DNA of 64,000 bases from Octopus sinensis (taxonomy: Eukaryota), in assembly GCF_006345805.1 (NCBI RefSeq), contig NC_043021.1, forward strand, positions 16,306,001-16,370,000, written 5' to 3'. The translations under genes and the position numbers were made by a program. Below are positions 52,461 through 64,000 of the stretch, piece by piece (positions within the stretch are counted from its first letter, which is position 1; each line of letters begins with the position of its first letter). The notes under the pieces are model-generated. The model searched no databases and was not told the origin of the DNA. It saw only the letters and a list, made by a program, of their open reading frames with translations.

Positions 52461-53742
52461 TGTTTCTTTATTAGCCACACAGGGCTGCACACAGATAGAA
52501 CAAATTACAAGGTAGAGCTTTTCTTTTGGGGGTAAAAAAAAGGGAGTGGTGGTTTTCGATCAAAAGGGATCGTAAAAGGAAAGAAAGAGGACAAAAAAGG
52601 GGAGGGGTTAATAAAAAATAAAAAAAAGGTGGGGGGGAGAGCAAAAAAATTGATCAATAGGGATCGTTATCACAGAAATGTCAATATGAAGTGTAAAGAG
52701 GGAGAACAGGTGAGGTTTACCCGTGGAAAGAAAAGCCTACGGAAAAGACCACGGTAACCTCGGTCAATGAAGTCACATGTTATATTTCTTTTTTTTTTTT
52801 TGCAAATAAGCAACTCTCTGTATTAATTTTTACGGTTCATAGAATCATAGTCAAGGTGGCTTCGTCATTCATACGTGCCGTCCTTGCTACATTCACCCAT
52901 CTTTTTTTAAAATATTCACTAGACAAAACTTGCCTCTCTACTCTCACTTTCCTCTTCAAGTGATACTTGAAGAAGTTGATGAGAGATTGACCAGAGAGGA
53001 AAGTGTTTGTCTCTAATCCTTTCAGGCGCGTTCACCAGATACATTCTTTCGCCATAGCCACAAGTATGATAAAAATAGCACTTCCTTCCCGTTTGAAGGA
53101 AGGAGGCGTGACGATATTAACGATAGACTCGGCTGATAAACCGACACGTCCCACACGTGACAGCAGTCGTTCGACATAAGCCACAGGTCGGAAATGCTGG
53201 ACACTGCACGATTGTGTGCAGAGCGGTTTCGTCGCTCTGCCCGCATCTCGGGCAGGTCGGCCCCGTGTTTCTCGAGCCATGCCTATAGAGCTTATCCCGA
53301 ACGGGTAGCGCTTCACGGTAGCACCGCCAGGCCAGGGATCTCTGGAAGTTGTCCATAGGTCCCGGGCCGAAAGTCGTTTGAAACAGGCGGGTCAGGTATT
53401 CCTCGTCGACGCCCAGGTTTGCCCCGAGCTCGTCGTCGTACCTCCCCTCCACTAATCCCCTATAGAATGCTTTGGTTGTGTTGAAGTCACTCAAGGTCGA
53501 CCCGGGACGGCAGAGTTGCTTGAGAGCAACGCGACACTCGCGGTGCCATTCGCCCTTCCTCGGCCTCTTTTTGATCCACAACTGTAGTTCGGTCATGGAG
53601 ACGAGTTGCGGGAATGCGTGCCTCACAAACGGCGACCACACCTGTTCACTGTCGTCTACATAGAGCCGGAGATGTCGCAGTCTCAGCGCGTATCTGCGCA
53701 TCATCAACCACGGCATGCCCAGCCCTCCTTTTAACAGGTGTT
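52461..53742 (-). mobile_element. 5'-truncated Tx1/L1-clade non-LTR retrotransposon (ORF2 C-terminus plus 3' UTR)
   Basis: GGLGMPWL, AWRCYREALP and zinc knuckle CPRCGQSDETALHTIVQC; frameshifted continuation to TGA at 52837; AATAAA-containing tail; (GATA)n arrays on both sides. Confidence 0.8.
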
Positions 53743-53784
53743 AGATAGATAGACACATAGATAGATAGATAGATAGATAGACAC

Positions 53785-53855
<71 letters not shown>

Positions 53856-53880
53856 CAGATAGATAGATAGATAGATAGAC

Positions 53881-53911
<31 letters not shown>

Positions 53912-53926
53912 TAGATAGATAGATAT
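53743..53926. repeat. (GATA)n array, right of the Tx1 insertion
   Basis: Direct reading; shares the gacacata variant with the left array. Confidence 0.95.
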
Positions 53927-54544
53927 AAATAATGGGCATCTTATATTTTCCATCAACAAAAGAACATTCACATGGCTTTGGTCGGCATGAGGCTAATGTA
54001 GAAGACACTTGCGCTAGGTGATGTGCAGTGGAACTGAACCCACAACCATGTGGTTGGGAAGCAAACTTCTTACCACACAGCTGCACCAAAGAATGATTTC
54101 ATTGACCCAGAAAAGATAGAAATCAAGGTTGACCTGTGAGGAATTTGAACACAGAGGCATAAGTTTAATTAATTAACAAGCTCACTTTTATCTACAAAAC
54201 ACTTTCTCCTGTACCCTAGATTCTATAACACTCCCCCCCACACAATACCCCCCCCCCCCCCCCGGGTATTTTTTTAAATGCTACCTGTTTTATCTACCTT
54301 AGATTAGCTGTGGGTTCAATGTGTGAATGACCCCTCAAGCAGAAATTTAACAAAACACCCCACCACCGTTTTTCTCCACCCCACCACCTCAAGTTTTTTT
54401 CTTGGTTGTTTTTGTTACTTGTCTTCCACCCAAGTACCCTCATCACCACCATCCTCCACTTCTACCCACTGCTCTGTTTGCTATGCTTCACTGTTATCTA
54501 CTGTTTACCATCACCCCCCCCCATCACATTCTAACATCCTCCAC

Positions 54545-54646
54545 CTAACGACCATGACGATGACCACCACATTGACCAGCACCACCACCAACACCACCAC
54601 TACCACAAACACCAGCACTACCACTACCACAAACACCAGCACCAGC

Positions 54647-54677
<31 letters not shown>

Positions 54678-56250
54678 CCAACACCGCCACCACCACCACC
54701 ACCACCAGCACCACCACCAGCACCACCACCAACACCGCCACCACCACCACCACCACCAACACCACCAGCACCACCACCAGCACCACCATCAACACCACCA
54801 CTACCACAAACACCAGCACCACCACTACCACCGACACCACCACCACCACCGACACCACCACCACCGCCACCGCCACCACCACCACCACCACCGCCACATC
54901 TACCACCACCACCACCACCGACACCACCACCACCACCGCCGCCACCACTACCACCGATACCACTGTCCTCTACCTCCACCAACCTTCGACACCCTCCAAC
55001 ACCCACTCTTCGTAGCTGACTAGACATATAGTCAACCTGTTCTGTTGCACACACACTCCACACACACACACACATTCACACACACACACACATTCACACA
55101 CACACACACATTCACACACACACACACATTCACACACACACAACATTCACACACACACACCACATCACACACACACAACACATTCACACACACACACACC
55201 ATTCACACACACACCACACATTCACACACACACACACATCCACACACACACACACATTCACACACACCACACTTCACCACACACACCACACTCACCACAC
55301 ACACACATTCACACACACACACATTCACACAACACATTCACACACACACACACATTCACACACACACACACATTCAAACACACACCACACATTCACACAC
55401 ACACACACATTCACACACACACACACATTCACACACACACACATTCACACACACACACATTCACACACACACACATTCACACACACACACACTCCACACA
55501 CACACACACATTCACACACACACACACATTCACACACACACACACATTCACACACACACACACTCCACACACACACACACACATTCACACACAAACACAT
55601 ACACAAGCAGAATTATATGCACAGAGGTCCAGAGAGAGGGAGGGGGGGTAGAGAATGGGAGACACACGGATAAGAAAAGAGAGACATAAAGAAAGAGAGA
55701 GAGAGAGAAACATAACCCCCCACCCCTGCTTCCCCCCTATTCTGATCTTTGTAATTAATAAAACAAAAGCAATTTGTGTTAATTAGGACAAAACACTTTG
55801 AATACAAAGAAAACCCAATTTTGCTGAATGGCAAAAGATAAGATAAGTTATGTATGATTGCACGTAAGGGTTGTCGGTTATTGTCGGTGGTGGTGGTCGT
55901 GGTGGTGATGATGTTGATGTTACTGTTGTTGTTGCTTTCTCTTTCATAGTGAGGACATTGATGTTGTTTTTTGTTATTTGTTGTTGTTGTTGGCGTTGTT
56001 GTTGTTGGCATTGTTGTTGATGTAATTGTTATTGTTCTGGTGGTGATGCTGTTGAAGTTGGAGTTGTTGTTATTGTTGTTGTTGTGGTGGTGGTGGTGGT
56101 AGTAGTAGTTATTGTTGCTGTTGTTGTTGTTTTGGTGGTGGTGGTTATTGTCTTCTTTTTCTTCTTCTTCTTCTGCTGCTTCTTCTTCTTCGTCTTTTTC
56201 TTCTTCGTCTTTTTCTTCTTCTTCTTCTTCTTCTTCTTCTTCTTCTTCTT
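54545..56250. repeat. Low-complexity block: (CAC)n, (CA)n/(CACATT), (TGT)n, (TTC)n
   Basis: Direct reading; source of the Thr-, His- and Glu-rich spurious ORFs. Confidence 0.92.
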
Positions 56251-57289
56251 TTTCCAATCAGGACTCACGCCATTAGCCACAAAGAATAATCTCTAATGCT
56301 AAGAATGCGTGTGGCAAATTGAAGATCCACCCACCACACATGATAGACTGGCAGTTGCACGGGCGCGAAAGCTACATTGTTATCCTCATTCTGTAAACTG
56401 TGGCTTTTTAACGGGTGGAGAGCTGAACCATCCTGGGGTACAGAGGATTCGCAATCTAGACTAGGGTCTGAAAGTTTAGCACACCATAGTGGGTTACACC
56501 ATGGTTCCTCTGCTTTGTGACAGAAGTAGGAAGAAAGAGTGAGAGAAAGTTGTGGTGAAAGAGTACAGTGGGGTTCACCACCACCCGTTGCCAGAGCCTC
56601 ATGGAACTTAGATGTTTTTGCTCAATAAACACTCACAATGCCCAGTCTGAGAATTGAAACCGCGCTCTTACGACTGCGAGTCTGCTGCCCTAACCACTGG
56701 GCCATTGCGCCTCCACTGTTGATGTTGTGGTGGTGATGGTTATTATTGCTGTTGTCGTTAACATCACAAGCTGGCAGACTCATTAGCATACTTGAAAATA
56801 TGCTTAGCAACATTTTTTCCATCTTTCTTTATGTTCTGAGTTCAAATTCCACTGAGGTTGACTTTGCTTTTCATCCTTTCGGAGGGGTCAATAAAATAAA
56901 TCCCAGTGGAGCCCTGGGGTCAATGTAATCGACTAGCTCCCCACCACCTCCCTAAAACAACAAACCTTGTGCCAAAATTTGAACTCATTGCTGTTTTTGT
57001 CCACTTTCTCCTTAAAGACTTCATGACAAAAAGATCATTCCATCTTTAGCCTTCTCATTGTAAGGTGGCTAATTGGACAAAGTCGTTTAGACTGTCATAT
57101 AGATTGCTTTGTGGTAATTGTGCGCCAGCTTTCTGCAGTCTGAGTTCAAATCCCACTGAATCAACCTTGCATCGCTGTTGTTATTAGCCCCAACTTTGCC
57201 TTCTTCAATCTAATCTAAAATTCTATAATAAAATGGTATTTTCCAATAGTTTTTATCTTTTATTCTGTCAATGTTCAATGCCAGTGCCG

Positions 57290-57850
57290 CCTTTAATAGA
57301 AATACCACCTTGTTGCCAGTGCCACCTTCAATACCAGTGCCACCTTCAATACAAGTGCTGCCTTCAATGCCAGTGCTGCCTGACTGGCTCCCGAGCCAGT
57401 GGCACATAAAAAGCACCATTTGAGCATGACTGATGCCAGTGCCACCTGACTGGCACCCATTCCAGTGGCACATAAAAATCACCATTTGAGCATGACCGAT
57501 GCCAGTGCCACCTGACTGGCACCCATTCCAGTGGCACATAAAAAGCACCATTTGAGCATGACCGATGCCAGTGCCACCTGACTAGCACCCATGCCAGTGG
57601 CACATAAAAATCACCATTTGAGCATGGTCAATGCCAGTACCACCTGACTGGCTCCAGTGCCAGTGGCACGTAAAAAGCACCCACTACATTCTTGGAGGGG
57701 TCGGCATTAAGAAACATTGCTAGAAACTGTAGAAACATTGCCAGATCAGATTGGAGCCTGGTGCAGCTTCCTGGCTTGCCAGGCTTCAGTCAAGCAGTCC
57801 AACCCATGCCAGCATGGAAAGCAGACGTTAAACGACAATGATGATGATGA
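57290..57850 (+). mobile_element. RTE 3' UTR with tandem units (second subtype) plus tail
   Basis: Unit gcaccatttgagcatgaccgatgccagtgccacctgactggcaccc...ggcacataaaaa repeated about 4 times. Confidence 0.8.
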
Positions 57851-58162
57851 AAGTATCAATGACTACATTAACTAACAGTGTTGATCCTTTTTTATAAACA
57901 GTAGAGTGAGTTTTGAGGAAATTTGACTGCTGTTTTTAGCAGATTGATGAAACACATACAGCCTTTGCTATACTCAAGTTTGTAATAAGTGAAATATTAA
58001 GTTGATGCTTGGCTGTGTGGTAAGAAGTTTGCTTCCCAGCTACGAGGTTCTGGGTTCAGTCCCACTGTGTGGCATCTTGGGCAAGTGTCTTCTGCTATAG
58101 CCTCGGGCCGACCAATGCCTTGTGAGTGGATTTGGTAGACGGAAACTGAAAGAAGCCTGTCG

Positions 58163-58230
<68 letters not shown>

Positions 58231-58485
58231 GTGTGTGTGTTGTGTGTTTGTGTGTGTGGTTTGTCCCCCTAGCATTGCTTGACAACCGATGCTGGTGTGT
58301 TTACGTCCCCATCACTTAGCGGTTCGGCAAAAGAGACCCATAGAATAAGTACTGGGCTTACAAAGAATAAGTCCCAGGGTCGATTTGCTCGACTAAAGGT
58401 GGTGCTCCAGCATGGCCGCAGTCAAATGACTGAAACAATAGTAAAAAGAGTATAAAATATATAAAATAGATATATACATATATAT

Positions 58486-58530
<45 letters not shown>

Positions 58531-59254
58531 TATATATATATATAATGTATATAGGCATAGGAGTGGCTCTGTGGTAAGGAGCTTGCTTACCAACCACATG
58601 GTTCCGGGTTCAGTCCCACTGCGTGGCACCTTGGGCAAGTGTCTTCTCCTATAGCCTCGGACCGACCAAAGCCTTGTGAGAGGATTTGGTAGACGGAATC
58701 TGAAAGAAGCCTGTCGTATATATGTATATGTATATATATGTGTTTGTGTTTGTGTGTCTGTGTTTATCTCCCCAACATCGCTTGACAACCGATGCTGGTG
58801 TGTTTACGTCCCTGTAACTGAGCAGTTCGGCAAGAGACCGATAGAATAAGTACTGGGGTTGATTTGCTCAACTAAAGGCGGTGCTTCAGCATGGCCGCAG
58901 TCAAATGACTGAAACAAGTAAAAGAGTAAAAAGTATATGTGTGTGTGTGTGTGTGTGTGTTGCTTGACAATCAGTAATGGTGTGTTTATGTCCTTGAAAC
59001 TTAGCAGTTCAGCAAAAGACACTGATATACTAAGTACCAAGCTTAACAAAAATATAATAAGTACTGAAATCAATTCGTTTAACTAAAATTCCTCAAGGAA
59101 GTGCTCCAGCTTGGCCGCAGTGTAATGACTGAAACCAGTAAAAGAACTGAGCAACATAACTCTTATCATTATCAAGCTTATGTTCGGAATGAAAATTAGC
59201 AGAGAAATTTTGGTAAAACATTTTAATTCAGGCCATATTAAAACAGGGAAAATA

Positions 59255-59580
59255 ATAATAATGATAATAATAATAATTGTGTACAGTGCTCAGGTGCACT
59301 ACAACTCATCTAAAGTGTATATATAATCAGGTGTAGTTTCGGCAGATTTCGGAAAGCATGAGGGCCTTAAAGGATGCAGTGTCATGGCAGTCAACAACTG
59401 ACGCAGGCAGTTTGTTCCATGCTTCAGCAACTCTGAGCGTGAAAAAATGTTTCCGAAAGTCATGGAAGCTGTATTGTTTTCTGACTTTGTAGGCATGTCC
59501 ACGTGTGTTGGACACATGGAGATCAAAAAGGTGTTCAGTGTTGTTGTTGGTGAGGTGGTTGATAACTTTGTGGGTATGTC
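59255..59580 (-). mobile_element. CR1 3' fragment
   Basis: ORF 59327..59515, homologous to 1393..1821. Confidence 0.85.
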
Positions 59581-59824
59581 ATAGAACCAGCAATGGTATC
59601 AGTGGGTTGATTCAATTTCTGCTGAAATACACTGTTTTGTCTCAATTAATTTTTTAAATAATGAAGAAATTAAGAAAATAATTTTATCATGATTAATATG
59701 ATGTTTAGAGCATAATTTAAATTGAAATTTTCATAGTTTTTAATTAAGATCTCTTTAAAACAAGAATTTTTTATTATAGAGTCCATAGTTATTTTTTGGC
59801 ATGTTGGTATCAAATTAGTTAAAA

Positions 59825-59949
59825 TTACAGCAAGGATTTTCTGGTAAATCTGTCCAGTCGAAATTGACTCAAGTCATAAGACGGCGCTTTATTCATAGCC
59901 ATTTCTCCAAGGATTTTCCCTGTCACAGGTGCCAGCTTGAAACCGTGTC
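59825..59949 (-). CDS. PIPOX: PIPOX-B terminal exon
   Basis: ttacag acceptor, GHGFK motif, TAA stop. Confidence 0.93.
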
Positions 59950-62014
59950 CTGTAAGTTCAAAATAATAATTTTAGGAAAATAAAAATAAGAAATAAATGG
60001 AAATTTTACCGGTGAGTGTGTTATGTTATAAGGCACAAAAAGAAAATGACTCTCCCCAGACACAACAGATAATAATTTGGCTGTGTGGTAAGTAGGTTGT
60101 TTACCAACCACATGGTTCCGGGTTCAGTTCCACTGAGTGGCACCTTGGGCAAGTGTCTTCTAGTATAGCCTCGGGCCGACCAAAGCCTTGCGAGTGGACT
60201 TGGTAGACGGAAACTGAAAGAATCCCGTCGTATATATATATATATATATATATATATGCGTGTGTGTGTTTGTCCCCCTAGCATTGCTTGACAACTGATG
60301 CTGGTGTGTTTATGTCCCCGTTACTTAGCGGTTCGGCAAAAGAGACCGATAGAATAAGTACTGGGCTTACAAAAGAATAAGTCCCAGGGTCGAGTTACTC
60401 GATTAAAGGCGGTGCTCCAGCATGGCCGCAGTCAAATGACTGAAACAAGTAAAAGAGTAAAAAGAGAGTAAAGAGTAATAATGAAGATAATAATACTTTT
60501 TAGAGGTGTGTTCAAAAAGTATTCAAATTTTGTCTTTCCCACCCAAACTAATGCCTTGTGGACAAAATCCTTTGGTGAGAGGTGATGTCACTTCTTGTGC
60601 ATACTTACAAGATTTTGCACCAGTAGGCCGTGTCAGTTCCTGGCTGTGACTTTATCTTTTATCATTTGGGGCTTGATAAAATAAGCACCATTTGAACACC
60701 GCTGTCAATGTGATTGACTAGTTCCAGCCTCCACAACATACACACACTCTCTAGAATTACTGGCTTTGTGGCGAAGTCAGAGCCACATGGATAGGGGTTC
60801 AATCCTACTACTTCCAAAGCTAACAACAGTGGCAGTAACAGAGGTGGTGGTGACAGTGGTGGCAGTGGTAACAATAAGAATGATGATGATGATCATCATC
60901 ATCGTTTAACGTCCGTTTTCCATGCTAGCATGGGTTGGACGGTTTGACCGGGGTCTGGGAAGCCAGGAGGCTGCACCAGGCTGCAGTCTGATCTGGCAGT
61001 GTTTCTACAGCTGGATGCCTTTCCTAACGCCAACCACTCCGTGACTGTAGTAGGTGCTTTTTACGTGCCACTGGCACAGGTGCCAGGGAAGGCTGGCAAC
61101 AGCCACGATCGGTTGGTGCTTTTTACGTCCCACCGGCACAGAAGCCAGTTAAGGCAGCGCTGGCATCGGCCACGTTCAGATGAAAATTCTTTCCTTTGGT
61201 AACAAAAGCAGTTAATAATCCAAAATGTTGAGAATCCAATTGTTTAGAAACTAAATATTTACCTGAGAACCCAGCTGCCAAAATAATGTTATGATATTTT
61301 GGATGTCTGTCCAGAAGAAAAAATTCATCAGGTGTCGTCTGAAAATATTTAAAAGGAAAAAAAAAAGTGTTTTTGTTGTTGTTATTGTTATTACCACTTC
61401 ACTAAACTCAGGTGAGAAACATATTGGAACATTGTACCAACATCTGGAAGGGAACTACTGCTCCACATGCACCAACGTTTTTAAGACTACGGCAAAAAGT
61501 CACCCACAGACAAGCTCCAGTCCCTGGTCCAGCACACAGGGGCACTGTGCCTTCTCTCTGCTTTTTCTTACTGCTACTATAACGGCCTCTGCTCCTCAGA
61601 GCTGACTGATGTCGTGCTCTATCTCCACTCAAGCATTGTAGAATCATTCGTCTCTCCTCTTTGTCTCATCACCCATATTGTGTCCCACCCTCCAGATACT
61701 TCTCTAAACATAAACTCAATCCTTTTTCCCCCAGATCATTATCCCTCTGGAATTTCATCCCTTCTCATGCCTTTCTACTGTCTCAGAAGGCCTGCGAAGG
61801 CCACAGGGGCTGCTAATTTTTCCAGACCCATCAAAGCATGCCTATGTGGTTAAGAAGTTTAATATGCAACATCAGGGTTTCAGGTTCAGTCCCACTGGGT
61901 GACATCTTGAGAAAGTGTCTTCTACTACAGCCCTGGACTGACCAATGCCTTCTTGTGAGTGAACTTGACAGATGGAAACTGCATGGAAGCCCATCATGTG
62001 CGTATGTGTATGTG

Positions 62015-62047
<33 letters not shown>

Positions 62048-62458
62048 GCAATATACATATAATTTTCTGTGTATATATATATATATAGATACTTCCAAAC
62101 AAACATGATTTCTAATGAAATCCCAATATTCTTTATGAACTTTTAATAATTTTTTCTATAAACAGTTTTTAACATTTTCTTATTATTATCAAAGAATGTA
62201 TATAGGTATTGTAATCTTTTTGCCTAATATTTTAATGAACTTTTTAATTTTTTAATATTTTCCAAAGATTTTTCCTTGTAAATTGTTTTTAACACGTGCT
62301 TATTATTATCAAAGAATGTATATATGTATTGTAATATTTTGTGACAACCAGTAACTAACACAACCAAGCATTTACATGTTACTTTTGACAATCTTTTTCT
62401 AAAAAAGTGAACCGGTCAAGTAAATATATCTCTTTTAAAATTGCATTTTCAAACCTTC

Positions 62459-62526
<68 letters not shown>

Positions 62527-63732
62527 CAATTGCAGCATGGAAGATGTTGTAACCATCCATGAACACACGAAAACTGTTAGTTTCACTTCAGCATTTAAAT
62601 TCATTTGTGTCAAAATAATTTTGTCGATTTGAAACCGCAACATGTTCACTGACAAAACTTTGTGCTGTATCTGAGAATGTAACAGTTAGTTCATGATGGC
62701 TTACGAACATCTTCCATGCTGCAACTGTTTTTGTTTCAGCCATTGCATCTGATCAAAAAACATTATTTGTCCAAACGATGGAAAATGCACAGAAATTTTA
62801 TGCTGAACAAAATATATATATTTTTATGAAATAAAATGTTTACACTGTCAACCGGTTTTGTTTGTGCTAATCATGAATAAGAAGTTAGTTTCATACTATC
62901 ATAAGAAGTTTTCATTCCATGTTAGTTGGAAGAAGGAGATTTTACAAATGAATCAGGAGGCAAATAAATTTTAGAGGAGGTAATTAGTAATTGTTATTAT
63001 GAGAAAAAGGGGAGGTATTTACCCCTTTTCAATGTGAATTGATTGAGAATAGATTGAAAAGTTATAAATTTATGAATTAAAATATTTACAAAACCCAAAA
63101 TTGCATTATATGTTCATATTCGGATACAGTTGGTATTTTTCAATAAATGCTTTTTATTTGATCATAGGCAACCAATGGTCGTTTCACTACATTAGTAAAA
63201 AGGGAAAACTCATAAGGTACAAACATGTCTATGTGGTAAGAAGCTTGCTTCCCAACCACATGGTTCCAGGTTCAGTCCCACTGTAGGGCATCATAGGCCA
63301 ATCAAAGTTTTGCAGAGGTTCATTGTGTGTGTGTGCACGCACGTGTGTGTGTGTAATTGTGTCTGTGTTTGCCCCCAACCGATGTTGGTGTGTTTACATC
63401 CTTGTGGCATAATAGTGACCAAAAGAATAAGTATCAGTCTTAAAAAAAATGTCTTGGGATCGATCCAAGTTCTTGAAAGAGGTGCCCCAGCATGGCCACA
63501 GTTTAATGAGTGAAACAAGGAAAAGATAAAGGATAATGGATCGAGCTTTGAAGATGAGGTTTTGAAAGCTTTTAAAACTGACCGTATAAAGGCATGATTC
63601 CACAATACTGGGTTCCGGTTCAAGTCCTGGAAAGGACTCTTCAATCAGATGTTTGCATTTCTCCAATATCCAATCGGAATTAGCCTGGTCTCGATGATCC
63701 GGTTCAACTTCCGGGCCATCGTGCAAACAAAA
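59825..63732 (-). CDS. PIPOX: PIPOX-like copy B (tandem paralogue), last three exons; 5' part beyond window
   Basis: Exons 63732-63583 (150 nt, FCLHDGPE...ESCLYT), 61338-61263 (76 nt, [13 protein letters not shown]...AAGFS), 59949-59825 (125 nt, GHGFK...RKSLL*); lengths and phases identical to copy A exons 6-8; no stops. Confidence 0.92.
60890..61180 (-). mobile_element. RTE 3' tail fragment
   Basis: Same conserved tail. Confidence 0.78.
61263..61338 (-). CDS. PIPOX: PIPOX-B exon equivalent to exon 7
   Basis: tttcag acceptor, gtaaat donor. Confidence 0.92.
63583..63732 (-). CDS. PIPOX: PIPOX-B exon equivalent to exon 6
   Basis: Within ORF 63394..63837; ttgcag acceptor, gtcagt donor. Confidence 0.92.
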
Positions 63733-64000
63733 CTGCAAAATAAATATATATATACATAAATTTATATATAAATATATATATTTATATATAAATATATAAT
63801 GGGTCTCTGTAGTTAAAATGTTTACTTCCCATTGCATGGTACATTGAAAAGAAAGTTAAGAACCTAGTATAATAACTATCTTTGTCATTATTAAGCTGGT
63901 TTTTAGATCAAAAGCTAATGAAATTTTGGTGGAAGGATCAAATTTAAATCACTTTATGCATTGAGTGATAGAAGAAAATACATTTGTTTGTTGAAACAGC

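Noticed and set aside
51959-52492. SIYL-repeat ORFs
   Set aside because: (TATC)n artefact
54323-56296. Long Thr-, His/Thr-, Gly/Val- and Glu/Asn-rich ORFs (mucin-like)
   Set aside because: Translations of (CAC)n, (CA)n, (TGT)n and (TTC)n microsatellites, open in several frames, with no splice or domain support

Overview
Eukaryotic, AT-rich, repeat-dense genomic DNA, most likely from an octopus (inferred from the tRNA-derived SINE families and microsatellite load, not verified). It holds three spliced genes whose exons I reconstructed by eye, all with GT-AG sites and consistent phases. (1) NVL/NVL2 (nuclear VCP-like AAA+ ATPase), + strand, 21 coding exons from 2847 to the stop at 29450, with the first exon(s) upstream of the window. 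(2) A complete 8-exon peroxisomal sarcosine/L-pipecolate oxidase (PIPOX-like, copy A), - strand, 48924->33482, 380 aa. (3) The last three exons of a tandem, diverged PIPOX paralogue (copy B), - strand, 63732->59825. Introns and intergenic DNA are filled with four SINE families, CR1, RTE, Tx1 and Hero LINE fragments, Tc1/mariner, piggyBac-type and Helitron elements, and microsatellites. The most interesting non-coding signals are: a set of minimal type I hammerhead ribozyme motifs, including a recurrent non-canonical A6U-core variant, mostly in sense orientation inside introns; a Tx1 LINE inserted in a (GATA)n array whose 3' tail is shared with an abundant SINE; many long inverted repeats beside NVL exons (candidate ADAR or back-splicing substrates); and an intronic tRNA-like gene with a GGT anticodon.
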